Of a stretch of DNA of 55,644 nt, positions 7,893 to 16,640 are shown piece after piece. Position 1 is the stretch's first letter; each line of letters begins with the position of its first letter. The notes below the pieces were generated by a model, which saw nothing but the letters and a program-made list of their open reading frames with translations, made no database searches and was not told the origin of the DNA. This DNA is from Oscillospiraceae bacterium (lineage in GTDB: Bacteria > Bacillota > Clostridia > Oscillospirales > Oscillospiraceae), in assembly GCA_045223835.1 (NCBI GenBank), contig JBGUZS010000177.1, positions 1-55,644 of the forward strand, given 5' to 3'. The position numbers were made by a program, and so were the translations under genes.

Positions 7893-7972
7893 GTCTTCCT
7901 CTTTCTGCGTGGGGATATGCGAATAAGGGGCATCCTGCGATGCCCCTTACCGGATGCCGGATGGGCTCCGAT

Positions 7973-9025
7973 TCACTCCTTTTTCCTTCTCTTGCGGAAG
8001 AAACCGCCGGCCAGGCAGATCAGCAGGGCGACGCCCGCGACGATCCCGGAGCCGACCACGCCGGAGACGGTGGTGCCTGCGGCGGAATCACTGCCCGCAA
8101 AGGCGTAATCCGGGAGGAAGGAGGTCTTTTCCTGGATCGAGCCGGCGGTATCGGCTGCCTTGCTGGAAACGCCGAAGTCCTCCTCATCCAGGCCCATATT
8201 CTCGGAATACCCTTCCTCCGCGTTTCCGAAAAGCGCCCATTCCAGGCCGTCAGGGTTGGAGCTGGCCAGCAGGCTCAGCCCGCCGCCCACCAGGAGGGCG
8301 ACGATGGCCAGGACCGCGATCACCGTTTTCAGAGAACGCTTCGCCCCCTGGCCTTCCGTATTCCCAACATCCTGCAGCAGCTCCGGCCTGGATTCATAAA
8401 CAAAAAGGAGCACGGCCGCGGTGATCAGCCCCTCGATAAAGCCAATGGCCAGATGGATCGGCTGCATCAGCGCGACGAAGGCGCCGAAGGGCAGCTCGGT
8501 GATCCCGGAGAGGCTGGTTTCCAGCACGACGGAAAAGGCCCCGAGCTGCAGGGTGACCACGCAGCCGATGATGGACGCCGCTGCGATCCTGCCCCGCTGC
8601 GCCGCTCTTCCTTCGCCGAACCAGCGGCTCCGCATGATCGGGCGCCATATGAGATAATAGCCGACGAAGCAGCCGTAGAACGCCATGTTCCATATGTTCG
8701 CCCCCAGGGCCAACAGGCCGCCGTCGGCAAAGAAAAGACATTGTATCGCCAGGATCACGATCATGGAGAGGAAGCCCGCCTGGGGGCCCAGCAGCGCGGA
8801 AAGCATCATCCCTCCGCACAGGTGGCCGGAGGAGCCGGTACCGGGGATCGTATAGTTGATCATCTGGCCTGCGAAGACCAGGGCGGCGGTAACGGCCATG
8901 ACCGGCAGCTTCTGCGGTTCCTCGTCCTTCTTCAGCTTGTGTATGGAAACGCCTGCCGCTGCTGCGGATGCGGCGTACATCGTCGCCGCCGCGGCGGGGG
9001 CAAGCAGGGCGTCCGCCATATGCAT
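7973..9025 (-). CDS. cbiM: CbiM/NikM-type ECF substrate component fused to a PDGLE (CbiN-like) domain
   Basis: I moved the start to ATG 9025 (MHMADALLAP...), with AAGGAGGA 7 nt upstream. The track ORF's 60-aa N-extension is Arg/Pro-rich junk. The CbiM core is followed by ...SSNPDGLEWALFG... and a C-terminal TM plus KRRKKE tail. Confidence 0.88.
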   Translation of the reverse strand: MHMADALLAPAAAATMYAASAAAAGVSIHKLKKDEEPQKLPVMAVTAALVFAGQMINYTIPGTGSSGHLCGGMMLSALLGPQAGFLSMIVILAIQCLFFADGGLLALGANIWNMAFYGCFVGYYLIWRPIMRSRWFGEGRAAQRGRIAAASIIGCVVTLQLGAFSVVLETSLSGITELPFGAFVALMQPIHLAIGFIEGLITAAVLLFVYESRPELLQDVGNTEGQGAKRSLKTVIAVLAIVALLVGGGLSLLASSNPDGLEWALFGNAEEGYSENMGLDEEDFGVSSKAADTAGSIQEKTSFLPDYAFAGSDSAAGTTVSGVVGSGIVAGVALLICLAGGFFRKRRKKE

Positions 9026-9056
9026 GGGTGATTCCTCCTTATCCGGTTTCGGCTTC

Positions 9057-9084
9057 AGTATAATCGGTTTTTGTGTGCGGACAA
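9057..9084 (-). promoter_or_regulatory. Candidate promoter of cbiM-cbiQ-cbiO
   Basis: The minus strand reads TTGTCC (9084-9079), a 16-nt spacer, then TATACT (9062-9057). This leaves only a ~30-nt leader. Confidence 0.45.
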
Positions 9085-9198
9085 GCCCCCCGGGGGGATG
9101 TTTTTTGCCGGATCCGCCGTTTTTTCTCCGGGCGGAGCGGCACGAAGACGGTCGGCGCGGGGGAGAGCAAAATCCTCCCGTGTCCCCGCGAAAAAAAC

Positions 9199-9227
9199 TT
9201 GACAATGCTGCTTTTCCGATTTATAGT
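9199..9227 (+). promoter_or_regulatory. Sigma-A promoter of gdhA
   Basis: TTGACA (9199-9204), a 17-nt spacer, then TATAGT (9222-9227). ATG lies at 9258. Confidence 0.7.
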
Positions 9228-9257
9228 GTTAAATCATATTCAGAATGGAGTGATTTC

Positions 9258-10607
9258 ATGAACGCTTATATCGAACGTGTCATCAACGAGGTCAAGGGCC
9301 GCTGCGCGGCAATGCCGGAGTTCATCCAGACCGTGGAGGAGGTACTCACCTCTCTGGAGCCGGTGATCGAAAAGCATCCTGAGTACGAGAAGCACGCCAT
9401 TCTGGAACGGATGGTGAACCCGGACCGGATGGTGGAATTCCGCGTCACCTGGACGGATGACCAGGGCGTGCCCCGCGTCAACCGGGGCTGGCGCGTACAG
9501 TTCAACGGCGTCCTGGGCCCCTATAAGGGCGGCCTGCGCTTCGCCCCCTCGGTGAACGAGGGCGTGGTGAAGTTCCTGGGCTTCGAGCAGGTGCTGAAGA
9601 ACTCCCTCACCACCCTGCCCATGGGCGGCGCCAAGGGCGGCAGCGATTTCGATCCCAAGGGCAAGAGCGATGCGGAGGTCATGCGGTTCTGCCAGAGCTT
9701 CATGACGGAGCTGTATAAGTATATCGGGCCCGATGTGGACGTACCCGCCGGGGATATCGGCGTAGGCGGCCGGGAGATCGGCTACCTCTTCGGCCAGTGG
9801 CGGCGCTGCACCGGCAGCTTTGCCAACGGCGTCCTCACCGGCAAGGGCATGAGCTACGGCGGCAGCCTGGTGCGGCCCGAGGCCACGGGCTACGGCGCGG
9901 TTTACTATACCGTGGAGATGCTCAAGCATTTCGGGGAGACCCTGAAGGGGAAGACCGTCGCCGTCTCCGGCTACGGCAACGTCAGCTGGGGCGCCATCAA
10001 GAAGCTCACGGAGTTCGGCGCGAAGCCCGTCACCATCTCCGGCCGCGCCGGCTATGTGTACGACGAGGCCGGCATCACCACCGAGGAAAAGATCAACTAC
10101 CTGCTGGAGATGCGGGCTTCCGGCAAGGACGACGTGCTGAAGGCCTATGCCAAGAAGTTCGGCGCCAAGTTCTATGCGAAGAAGAAGCCCTGGAGCGTGA
10201 AGGCGGACATCGTCATGCCCTGCGCCACCCAGAACGAGGTGGGGCTGGAGGAGGCGAAGAAGATCGCCGCCAATGGCACCAAGTATTATGTGGAAGTCTC
10301 CAATATGCCCACCAGCAACGAGGCCATCGCTTTCCTGCAGCAGAGCGGCCTGGTGGTCGCTCCCTCCAAGGCGGTGAACGCCGGCGGCGTGGCGGTCTCC
10401 GGCCTGGAGATGAGTCAGAACTCCATGCGGTACAACTGGAGCGCCGAGGAAGTGGACGCCAAGCTCCAGGGCATCATGAAGAGCATCTATGAGAACAGCG
10501 TCGCCGCCGCGGAGCGCAACGGCCTGGGGTACAACCTGGTGGCCGGGGCCAATATTGCGGGCTTCGAGAAGGTGGCGGACGCCATGCTGGCCCAGGGCTG
10601 GATCTAA
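9258..10607 (+). CDS. gdhA: NADP-specific glutamate dehydrogenase
   Basis: Start moved to ATG 9258 (MNAYIERVINEV...), with GGAG 8 nt upstream. Catalytic region LPMGGAKGGSDFDPKGKS and nucleotide motif VSGYGNVSWG. 449 aa. Confidence 0.95.
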   Translation: MNAYIERVINEVKGRCAAMPEFIQTVEEVLTSLEPVIEKHPEYEKHAILERMVNPDRMVEFRVTWTDDQGVPRVNRGWRVQFNGVLGPYKGGLRFAPSVNEGVVKFLGFEQVLKNSLTTLPMGGAKGGSDFDPKGKSDAEVMRFCQSFMTELYKYIGPDVDVPAGDIGVGGREIGYLFGQWRRCTGSFANGVLTGKGMSYGGSLVRPEATGYGAVYYTVEMLKHFGETLKGKTVAVSGYGNVSWGAIKKLTEFGAKPVTISGRAGYVYDEAGITTEEKINYLLEMRASGKDDVLKAYAKKFGAKFYAKKKPWSVKADIVMPCATQNEVGLEEAKKIAANGTKYYVEVSNMPTSNEAIAFLQQSGLVVAPSKAVNAGGVAVSGLEMSQNSMRYNWSAEEVDAKLQGIMKSIYENSVAAAERNGLGYNLVAGANIAGFEKVADAMLAQGWI

Positions 10608-10646
10608 GTTTTGCTTCGATCCGGAAAGCCGGTTAAAGTTCAAAAG

Positions 10647-10673
10647 GACCCGGGAGCCTATCGCTCCCGGGTC
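10647..10673. terminator. Bidirectional terminator between convergent gdhA and plsY
   Basis: An 11-bp stem GACCCGGGAGC/GCTCCCGGGTC with a 5-nt loop. It is followed by CTTTTG on the minus strand. Confidence 0.65.
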
Positions 10674-10690
10674 TTCATGCGTATGCGGTC

Positions 10691-11296
10691 CTATTTTTTC
10701 TGCCTTCCGGCGCGGAAGACGGGTTCCGTTCCGGCGATGATCCGCTTGATGTTTTCCCGGTGGGAGAAAAAGATCAGCGCCAGGATAAAAAAGCCCAGGG
10801 CCAGCTGATGCCAGCTGAAGCCGCCCAGCAGGAGCATGACGAAGGGGTAGGCCAGACCTGCGGACAGGGAGCCGACGCTCACCCGCTTGGAGACGAAGGC
10901 CAGGATGAGGAAGATGGCGATGAGGATGAGGAAAAGCCGCCAGTCCAGCCAGATCGCGATGGCTCCGGCAACGCTCACGCCCTTCCCCCCCTTGAAGCGG
11001 AAGTAGATCGGCCAGCTGTGGCCGAGGAGACAGGCGGCGGCGCCCAGGGAAGCGCCAGGCTCCCCGGCCAGCAGGGTGCCCAGGTACATGGCCAGGGCGG
11101 TTTTGATCCCGTCCATCAGCAGGGTGAGCAGGCCCATCCCGATGCCGAAGAACCGGGCCACGTTGGTAGCCCCCGCGTTGCCGCTGCCCTTATCCCGGAT
11201 ATCCCCGAAGCGGGTGTGGGTCAGGAGCACGGCGGAGCTGATGGACCCCAGAAGGTAACCGCCGACGGCGGCGGCGGTGAGTTTTAGCGCATACAT
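10691..11296 (-). CDS. plsY: Glycerol-3-phosphate acyltransferase PlsY
   Basis: 201 aa. Motifs GSGNAGATNV and GHSWPIYFRFKGGKGVS. Confidence 0.93.
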   Translation of the reverse strand: MYALKLTAAAVGGYLLGSISSAVLLTHTRFGDIRDKGSGNAGATNVARFFGIGMGLLTLLMDGIKTALAMYLGTLLAGEPGASLGAAACLLGHSWPIYFRFKGGKGVSVAGAIAIWLDWRLFLILIAIFLILAFVSKRVSVGSLSAGLAYPFVMLLLGGFSWHQLALGFFILALIFFSHRENIKRIIAGTEPVFRAGRQKK

Positions 11297-11297
11297 G

Positions 11298-12311
11298 TTA
11301 TTTTCCCTGATCTGCCTCGAACATATGCTTCAGCATCTTCATGGCCATGCAGGTATAGCCGTATTCGTTGTCGTACCAGGCGAAGAGCTTGGCGAAATGC
11401 TCGTCCACGCTCAGGCCGGCAAAGGCGTCGAACACGCCCCCCACGCTCATGCCCAGGAAGTCGACGGAGACCAGGGGCTCATCCGTATACCCCAGGCTGT
11501 CCTTCATCTCCTCTTGGGTGGCCCGGCGGATCTCTGCGCAGATCTCCTCATAGGTCGCCGGCTTTTCCAGCTCGGCGGTCAGGTCCACCAGGGAGACGTC
11601 CAGGGTGGGGACCCGGATCGCCACGCCGGTGAGCTTTCCGTTCAGCTCCGGGATGACCTTGCCCACGGCCTGGGCGGCGCCGGTGCTGGTGGGGATCAGG
11701 TTCACGGAGGAGGCCCGGCCCATGCGCCAGTCGTCCTTGGGGGGCTTGCCGTCCACGGTGTTCTGGTTGGTGGTGATGGCATGGATGGTGGTCATGATGC
11801 CCCGGCGGAGGCCGTAGGCATTATGGATGACCTTTGCCAGGGGGGCCAGACAGTTGGTGGTGCAGGAGGCGTTGGAGACTACGGTCATCTCCGGCCGATA
11901 AATATCGCTGTTTACCCCGTAGACGAAGTTCGGGCAATCCTTGCCGGGGGCGGTGATCAGGACCTTTTTTGCCCCGCCCTGGAGATGGCGGCTGGCGTCC
12001 GCGGTCTTCTTGAACTTGCCGGTGGATTCCACGATGTATTCCGCGCCGGCCTCGCCCCAGGGGATCTCGCCGGGATCGCTGCAGTTGAATACGGGGATAT
12101 TCATGCCGTCGATGGTGATGCTGTTTTCGGTGTAGCTCACCTCGCCGGGATATTTGCCGAACACGGAGTCGTACTTGAACAGATAGGCGAGCTGCTCTGG
12201 CGCCTTGTGGTCGTTGATGGCCGCGAAGCGGAAGCCGCCCTGCTTCAGACCCGCGCGGATCGCAAGTCTCCCGATCCTGCCGAAACCGTTGATGCCGACG
12301 TTAACGTTCAT
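11298..12311 (-). CDS. gap: Type I glyceraldehyde-3-phosphate dehydrogenase (divergent paralog-like)
   Basis: Start moved to ATG 12311 (MNVNVGINGFGRIGR), with SD GGAGG. Active site SNASCTTNC and C-terminal WYDNEYGY. The stop lies 1 nt before the plsY ATG. Confidence 0.9.
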   Translation of the reverse strand: MNVNVGINGFGRIGRLAIRAGLKQGGFRFAAINDHKAPEQLAYLFKYDSVFGKYPGEVSYTENSITIDGMNIPVFNCSDPGEIPWGEAGAEYIVESTGKFKKTADASRHLQGGAKKVLITAPGKDCPNFVYGVNSDIYRPEMTVVSNASCTTNCLAPLAKVIHNAYGLRRGIMTTIHAITTNQNTVDGKPPKDDWRMGRASSVNLIPTSTGAAQAVGKVIPELNGKLTGVAIRVPTLDVSLVDLTAELEKPATYEEICAEIRRATQEEMKDSLGYTDEPLVSVDFLGMSVGGVFDAFAGLSVDEHFAKLFAWYDNEYGYTCMAMKMLKHMFEADQGK

Positions 12312-12371
12312 TCTCTGCCTCCAAATATACAATGTGTTTATGATACCCGATACCGGGGGATACGCATAGGA

Positions 12372-14258
12372 TCAGAGGGCCATGGCGGCGTCAAAGCCGC
12401 TGGAGACCGCCTTGAACAGGGTCCCGCCGCTGCCGCCGCAGTCCCCGATGGAGATCACCTGGGGCGCCAGGCCCTGCGCCTGCTCCTCCAGGCTCCGGTC
12501 GGGCCGGACGCCCAGGGAGAGGACCAAAGTATCGCAGGGAAGAAGCTCCCTCGTCCCATCCTCATGGGAGACCAGGGCGCCTTCCGGAGTCGCGTCCTCC
12601 AGCCGTACCTGGCAGAGGAAGCGGACTCCGGCTTCCTTTAAGGCGGCCTTCAGCCAGATCATGCTGATGGCGACGCCGTCCGCCCCGATGCGCTCGGCCG
12701 GAAGCAGGTCGATCACCGTGACCTCCCGCCCGTGCTGCGCCAGATCCAGGGCCATTTCCAGGCCGGTGAACCCGGCTCCGGCCACCACGACCCGCCGGCC
12801 CGCCTTCTCCGGCGCGCCCTCCAGCTCGCCCACCCAGACGGCCTTCTCCGGCGCGGTGGGAAGCCTGGGGATAATGGGGCCGGCGCCCACCGCCAGCAGG
12901 ACGGCGTCCGGCTTCAGCTCCCGCAGAAGCGCGGGGGTGGCCTCCGTGTTCAGCCGCAGGTCGATGCGCTTGTCCTCCTCCACGGTGCGGATGCTCCAGT
13001 CCAGGTATCGCTTCATATCCGCCTTGAACTCTGCCGCCGCGGCGAGACGGAGGGTTCCCCCCAGCCGTCCGCTCTTTTCCAGCAGGGTGACCCTGTGCCC
13101 CCGCTTCGCCGCGGTACGGGCGGCCTCCAGCCCCGCGGGGCCGCCGCCCACGATCACCACCCGCTTGCTCTCCGCAGCGGGCTTCGTCATATCGAAGAGG
13201 GACTCCCGGCCCGCCAGGGGATTCACGGCGCAACGCACGCTGATGTGGTCGCTGTGGGTCCTGCCGATGCAGGTGTTGCAGCGGACGCAGGGGCGGATCT
13301 CCGCCTCCCGTCCGGCCTTGGCCAGGGTCACGAAGGAGGGATCCGCCAGGGCGGTGCGGATCATGGCGGCGGCGTCCACGTCCCCCGCCCGGATGGCCTT
13401 CTCCGCCGTTTCCAGATCCATGCCGCAGACCACGCTGACGGGGATATGCAGCCGTTCCCGGAAGACCCGGGCATAGGGGACGTTGGTGCCCCGGGGAACA
13501 TAGACGGGGGAGTTCAGCACCGGCAGGGTGGCCTCCTCCTCCAGCAAGCCCCGGCTCACATGGAGCAGGTCGATCTTATCCTGGATGCGCTCGGCAAAAT
13601 CCAGGGTCTCGGCAAAGGTGGTGGTGCCGGGCAGGACCTCTTCCGCGCTGATGCGGTATTCCAGCGCCATGCCGCTGCCCATCTCCTTCCGCACGGCGTC
13701 CAGCATCTCCAGGGCGAAGCGGCTGCGCTTTTCCGGGCTGCCGCCGTAGGCGTCCGTCCGATGGTTGATGTAGGAGGCGAAGAACTGCGCGGGCACGTTC
13801 CCGTGGCCGCCGTGGATGAGGATCATATCGAAGCCCGCCTCCCGAGCCCGCCTGGCCTGGAAGGCATAGCTGGCGATGATGCTCCTGACCTCGCTCTCCG
13901 GAATGGCGGTGATCCGGTCCCGGGGGCCCATCATGTATTTGGAAACGGTGAGCTCGACCCCGGCCAGGCAGCCGTCCCGGTGGAGGGTACCCACCAGCTC
14001 CGGCAGATCCTCCAGCTTCATGACGCAGCAGGCGGGACGCACCATCCCCGGGAAGCGGGGATCATCCTCCAGGGAGCCGATGCCCAGGTTGATCAGGGCG
14101 GCGCCGGAGCCCGCCAGGGCGGTATAGTAGGATTTCAGGGGCATGCGTCCGTCCTCCTCGCGCCAGGTGAGGAAGGGCGCCGCAGGGGCGATCTCGATCC
14201 GGTTCCTCCAGGTGAGGGGACCGACGGTCAAAGGCTGAAATATGGCGGAGAATTTCAA
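12372..14258 (-). CDS. Old-Yellow-Enzyme/2,4-dienoyl-CoA-reductase-family flavoprotein (FMN domain + 4Fe-4S + FAD/NAD(P) domain)
   Basis: Start moved to TTG 14258 (AAAGGAG 8 nt upstream); the track start at 14318 has no SD. TIM-barrel part (ILIHGGHGNVPAQF, HRTDAYGGS), Cys cluster CVRCNTCIGR...CAVNP, and Rossmann motifs VVIVGGGPAGLEAA and VVVAGAGFTGLEMA. Confidence 0.88.
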   Translation of the reverse strand: MKFSAIFQPLTVGPLTWRNRIEIAPAAPFLTWREEDGRMPLKSYYTALAGSGAALINLGIGSLEDDPRFPGMVRPACCVMKLEDLPELVGTLHRDGCLAGVELTVSKYMMGPRDRITAIPESEVRSIIASYAFQARRAREAGFDMILIHGGHGNVPAQFFASYINHRTDAYGGSPEKRSRFALEMLDAVRKEMGSGMALEYRISAEEVLPGTTTFAETLDFAERIQDKIDLLHVSRGLLEEEATLPVLNSPVYVPRGTNVPYARVFRERLHIPVSVVCGMDLETAEKAIRAGDVDAAAMIRTALADPSFVTLAKAGREAEIRPCVRCNTCIGRTHSDHISVRCAVNPLAGRESLFDMTKPAAESKRVVIVGGGPAGLEAARTAAKRGHRVTLLEKSGRLGGTLRLAAAAEFKADMKRYLDWSIRTVEEDKRIDLRLNTEATPALLRELKPDAVLLAVGAGPIIPRLPTAPEKAVWVGELEGAPEKAGRRVVVAGAGFTGLEMALDLAQHGREVTVIDLLPAERIGADGVAISMIWLKAALKEAGVRFLCQVRLEDATPEGALVSHEDGTRELLPCDTLVLSLGVRPDRSLEEQAQGLAPQVISIGDCGGSGGTLFKAVSSGFDAAMAL

Positions 14259-14296
14259 GAAAGCCGCTCCTTTCGCATTTCTTTTTCTGAGAACTA

Positions 14297-14305
14297 TGGT
14301 ATAAT
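14297..14305 (+). promoter_or_regulatory. Extended -10 element (TGgTATAAT) upstream of the mscS-like gene
   Basis: TGGTATAAT at 14297-14305, inside the 67-nt divergent spacer. Confidence 0.5.
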
Positions 14306-14325
14306 GTCTCCCGGACAAAGGAGGA

Positions 14326-15204
14326 ATGCCAGACGTGAAAGCGGTGCAGCAATTCGCGGCCGAGATGCCGGTACTTTATGCGGTGATCAAGATCATCCTG
14401 GTGCTCATCATCACCAGACTCCTGGCCATCCTGCTGAAATATATCCTGAAAAAGGCGGAGGGAGCCAGGAGCAAGCTCACCAAGCGTCCGAACTACATCG
14501 GGTATAGGCTCCTGAACAGAGTGCTGATCATCGCCCTGTATATCGTGGGGGTCATCGTCGCCGTGAGGCAGGTGCCCGCCCTTTCCACCGCCGTCACCGC
14601 CATCCTGGCGGGCTCCGGCATCCTGGCCGTGGCCCTGGGCTTCGCCGCCCAGGAGAGCGTCGGCAACCTGGTGAGCGGGGTGTTCATCTCCATCTTCCGC
14701 CCCTTCGACGTGGGGGACCGGATCCAGATCCATGCCCAGGATATTGCCGGGTATATTGAGGATATCACCCTGCGGCATACGGTGATCCGCACCATCCTGG
14801 GTACCCGGCTGATCGTGCCCAATTCCGTCATGGGTTCCGCGGTGGTGGAGAATACGAATTTTATGGATGGGGAGCCGACGCGGAATTTTGTGGATGTTCA
14901 GGTGAGCTACGGCAGCGATCTGGCTCTCGCCAAACGGCTGATGGAGGAGGTGATGACCGCTCATCCCCTGTATGTGGGGCCGAAGCCGCTGACGATCTAT
15001 GTGCGGCAGTTTGAGGCCAGCGGCATCGCCCTGCGGGGCACCATGGCGACCAGGACGGTGGACGACAGCTTCATTGCCTGCAGCGAGGTGCGGCAGCAGC
15101 TGAAGGAGGCCTTCGACGCCAATGGAGTGACGATCCCCTTCACCACCGTGACCATTTCCAACCTGGGGGAGCTCTCCAACGGTCAGCTGACAGAGGACAG
15201 ATAG
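14326..15204 (+). CDS. Small-conductance mechanosensitive channel (MscS family)
   Basis: The pore helix and beta domain are recognisable (AILAGSGILAVALGFAAQESVGNLVSGVFI..FRPFDVGDRI...IEDITLRHTVIRT). The start is ambiguous: ATG 14326 abuts the SD, and GTG 14335 has better spacing. Confidence 0.88.
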   Translation: MPDVKAVQQFAAEMPVLYAVIKIILVLIITRLLAILLKYILKKAEGARSKLTKRPNYIGYRLLNRVLIIALYIVGVIVAVRQVPALSTAVTAILAGSGILAVALGFAAQESVGNLVSGVFISIFRPFDVGDRIQIHAQDIAGYIEDITLRHTVIRTILGTRLIVPNSVMGSAVVENTNFMDGEPTRNFVDVQVSYGSDLALAKRLMEEVMTAHPLYVGPKPLTIYVRQFEASGIALRGTMATRTVDDSFIACSEVRQQLKEAFDANGVTIPFTTVTISNLGELSNGQLTEDR

Positions 15205-15256
15205 GAACTTGTATGGAACAAGTCGGATGATTGAAAACACAGGATCAAGATGCAGA

Positions 15257-15290
15257 TTGCCAGAAGCAGAGCTCCTGGCAAATCTTTTGT
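15257..15290 (+). terminator. Weak terminator-like hairpin after the mscS-like gene
   Basis: TTGCCAG (15257-63), an 11-nt loop, CTGGCAA (15275-81), then ATCTTTTGT. Confidence 0.35.
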
Positions 15291-15332
15291 GCTGACCCGA
15301 TTATATACCGGATTGTGTGTCTTGGCAAGGGA

Positions 15333-16184
15333 TTATCCCATATTTTGCGGTCCCGGGGGAAAAAAGAAGAGGCGGGTGTTGACGAAAGCCCCCAGCAGGA
15401 TCAGATACATGCAGAGATACATCCAGAACAGCGCCAGAACGGCACTGGCCAGGCTCCCGTAGAGGGTCACGCCCCCCAGCCCGGTCACATAGCTGCCGAA
15501 GAGCCAGGTGAGGAGCATCCACAGCAGCGAGGCCAGCATGGCTCCCGGGAGCTGACTGCGAAAGCGCTGCCGCCGGGAGGGAAGAAAGGTATAGAGCAGG
15601 GCGAAGAACAGGGCCAGCAGGAGCATGGCCAGGAAATAACGCATCCGGAGCAGGGACAGGAGCAGACCGCCCCCCGGCGGCCAGACCGACGCCAGCAGGC
15701 GGATGAGCCGCCGCCGGAACAGGGCGAAGAGCAGGCTCAGGAGCACCGTCAGCAGGAGGGCGAGGGTATAGAGGCCGGATACGGCCCGGAGCCGGAGAAA
15801 GCCTCCTATCTTCTTTCCGCCGCAGATCCGGTCCAGGCCCTGGATCAGTCCCAGGAAGGCCTTGCTGGCCGACCACAGGGTGAGGAGGGCGGAGAGGGAG
15901 AAGACCGCCGCGCCGTTTCCGTATACCTGGTCCAGGATCTCCCGCAGCAGCGCCTCCAGAGCGTCCGGCAGAACGGTGGAGAGGTATTCCAGCACCATCT
16001 CCCGGGTGAGGGGAGTGATGGGCAGAATGGAGCAGACCAGGGCCGTCAGGGGGATGAGGGAGAGGAAGAGAAAGTAGGCGCCGGAGGCGGCGTACATTCC
16101 CGGCTCCGCCTGGGCCAGCTCCCGGGAAAAGGTCCTGATCCGGGTCAATCGTCCCGGCCTCGGCCCACCCTGTTCCCTCGGCAA
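15333..16184 (-). CDS. YihY/BrkB-family membrane protein
   Basis: 283 aa and multi-TM, with typical YASGAYFLFLSLIPL and LWSASKAF segments. TTG start with GAAGGAGA 8 nt upstream. Confidence 0.85.
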   Translation of the reverse strand: MPREQGGPRPGRLTRIRTFSRELAQAEPGMYAASGAYFLFLSLIPLTALVCSILPITPLTREMVLEYLSTVLPDALEALLREILDQVYGNGAAVFSLSALLTLWSASKAFLGLIQGLDRICGGKKIGGFLRLRAVSGLYTLALLLTVLLSLLFALFRRRLIRLLASVWPPGGGLLLSLLRMRYFLAMLLLALFFALLYTFLPSRRQRFRSQLPGAMLASLLWMLLTWLFGSYVTGLGGVTLYGSLASAVLALFWMYLCMYLILLGAFVNTRLFFFPPGPQNMG

Positions 16185-16313
16185 ATGCCTCGTCTCCTTC
16201 CTCCGCGCGTCTGCGGCGCGGATACAGTATATGCGTTTGCGGCCCGAAATACCGACGCCCCGCCCGGATGCGGAAAAAACGCCTGCGAGTGCGGGAAAAA
16301 CGCGATTCCCGTA

Positions 16314-16343
16314 TTGACAAAGCTTCCGGCCCTATGGTATTAT
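16314..16343 (+). promoter_or_regulatory. Promoter of the tRNA operon
   Basis: TTGACA (16314-19), an 18-nt spacer, then TGgTATTAT (extended -10, 16335-43). Confidence 0.65.
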
Positions 16344-16374
16344 TTCTGTCGGCATTTCCGGGGCCCCAACCCAT

Positions 16375-16448
16375 GCGGGCGTAGTTCAATGGCAGAACAC
16401 CAGCCTTCCAAGCTGGATACGTGGGTTCGATTCCCATCGCCCGCTCCA
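16375..16448 (+). tRNA. tRNA-Gly (anticodon UCC)
   Basis: Hand-folded cloverleaf: acceptor GCGGGCG/CGCCCGC, D stem GTTC/GAAC, anticodon stem CCAGC/GCTGG with loop CTTCCAA, T arm GTGGG-TTCGATT-CCCAT, encoded CCA. Confidence 0.95.
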
Positions 16449-16468
16449 TCGTCGGGGCCCTTCTATAC

Positions 16469-16545
16469 GCGCCAATAGCTCAGCAGGATAGAGCAACTGC
16501 CTTCTAAGCAGTAGGCCGGGGGTTCGAGTCCCTCTTGGCGTGCCA
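16469..16545 (+). tRNA. tRNA-Arg (anticodon UCU)
   Basis: Acceptor GCGCCAA/TTGGCGT, D stem GCTC/GAGC, anticodon stem ACTGC/GCAGT with loop CTTCTAA, T loop TTCGAGT, encoded CCA. Confidence 0.95.
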
Positions 16546-16559
16546 TTTTTGTTTTATAT

Positions 16560-16637
<78 letters not shown>

Positions 16638-16640
16638 TCC

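Noticed and set aside
8856-9257. N-terminal extensions proposed by the track for gdhA (start 8856) and cbiM (start 9205); similar extensions exist for GNAT4, the racemase, ecfT, the phosphomutase and the ABC ATPase
   Set aside because: The extensions are low-complexity and cross promoter elements or neighbouring genes. Internal ATGs with proper GGAGG-type SDs coincide with the conserved N-termini of the families.
9026-9257. Cobalamin or NiCo riboswitch upstream of cbiM
   Set aside because: I found no B12-box-like GCCACTG/AGYCMGG core. The best promoter leaves only a ~30-nt leader. The GC hairpins lie upstream of that promoter.
7212-16478. Other long alternative-frame ORFs (7212-8108, 7787-9031, 9240-10643, 11277-12641, 12732-14507, 14062-15240, 15231-16478, 15301-16449)
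   Set aside because: They overlap confidently identified genes (cbiQ, cbiM, gdhA, gap, the OYE-family enzyme, mscS-like, yihY). In the last two cases they run straight through the tRNA-Gly gene. None has motifs or a ribosome-binding site.
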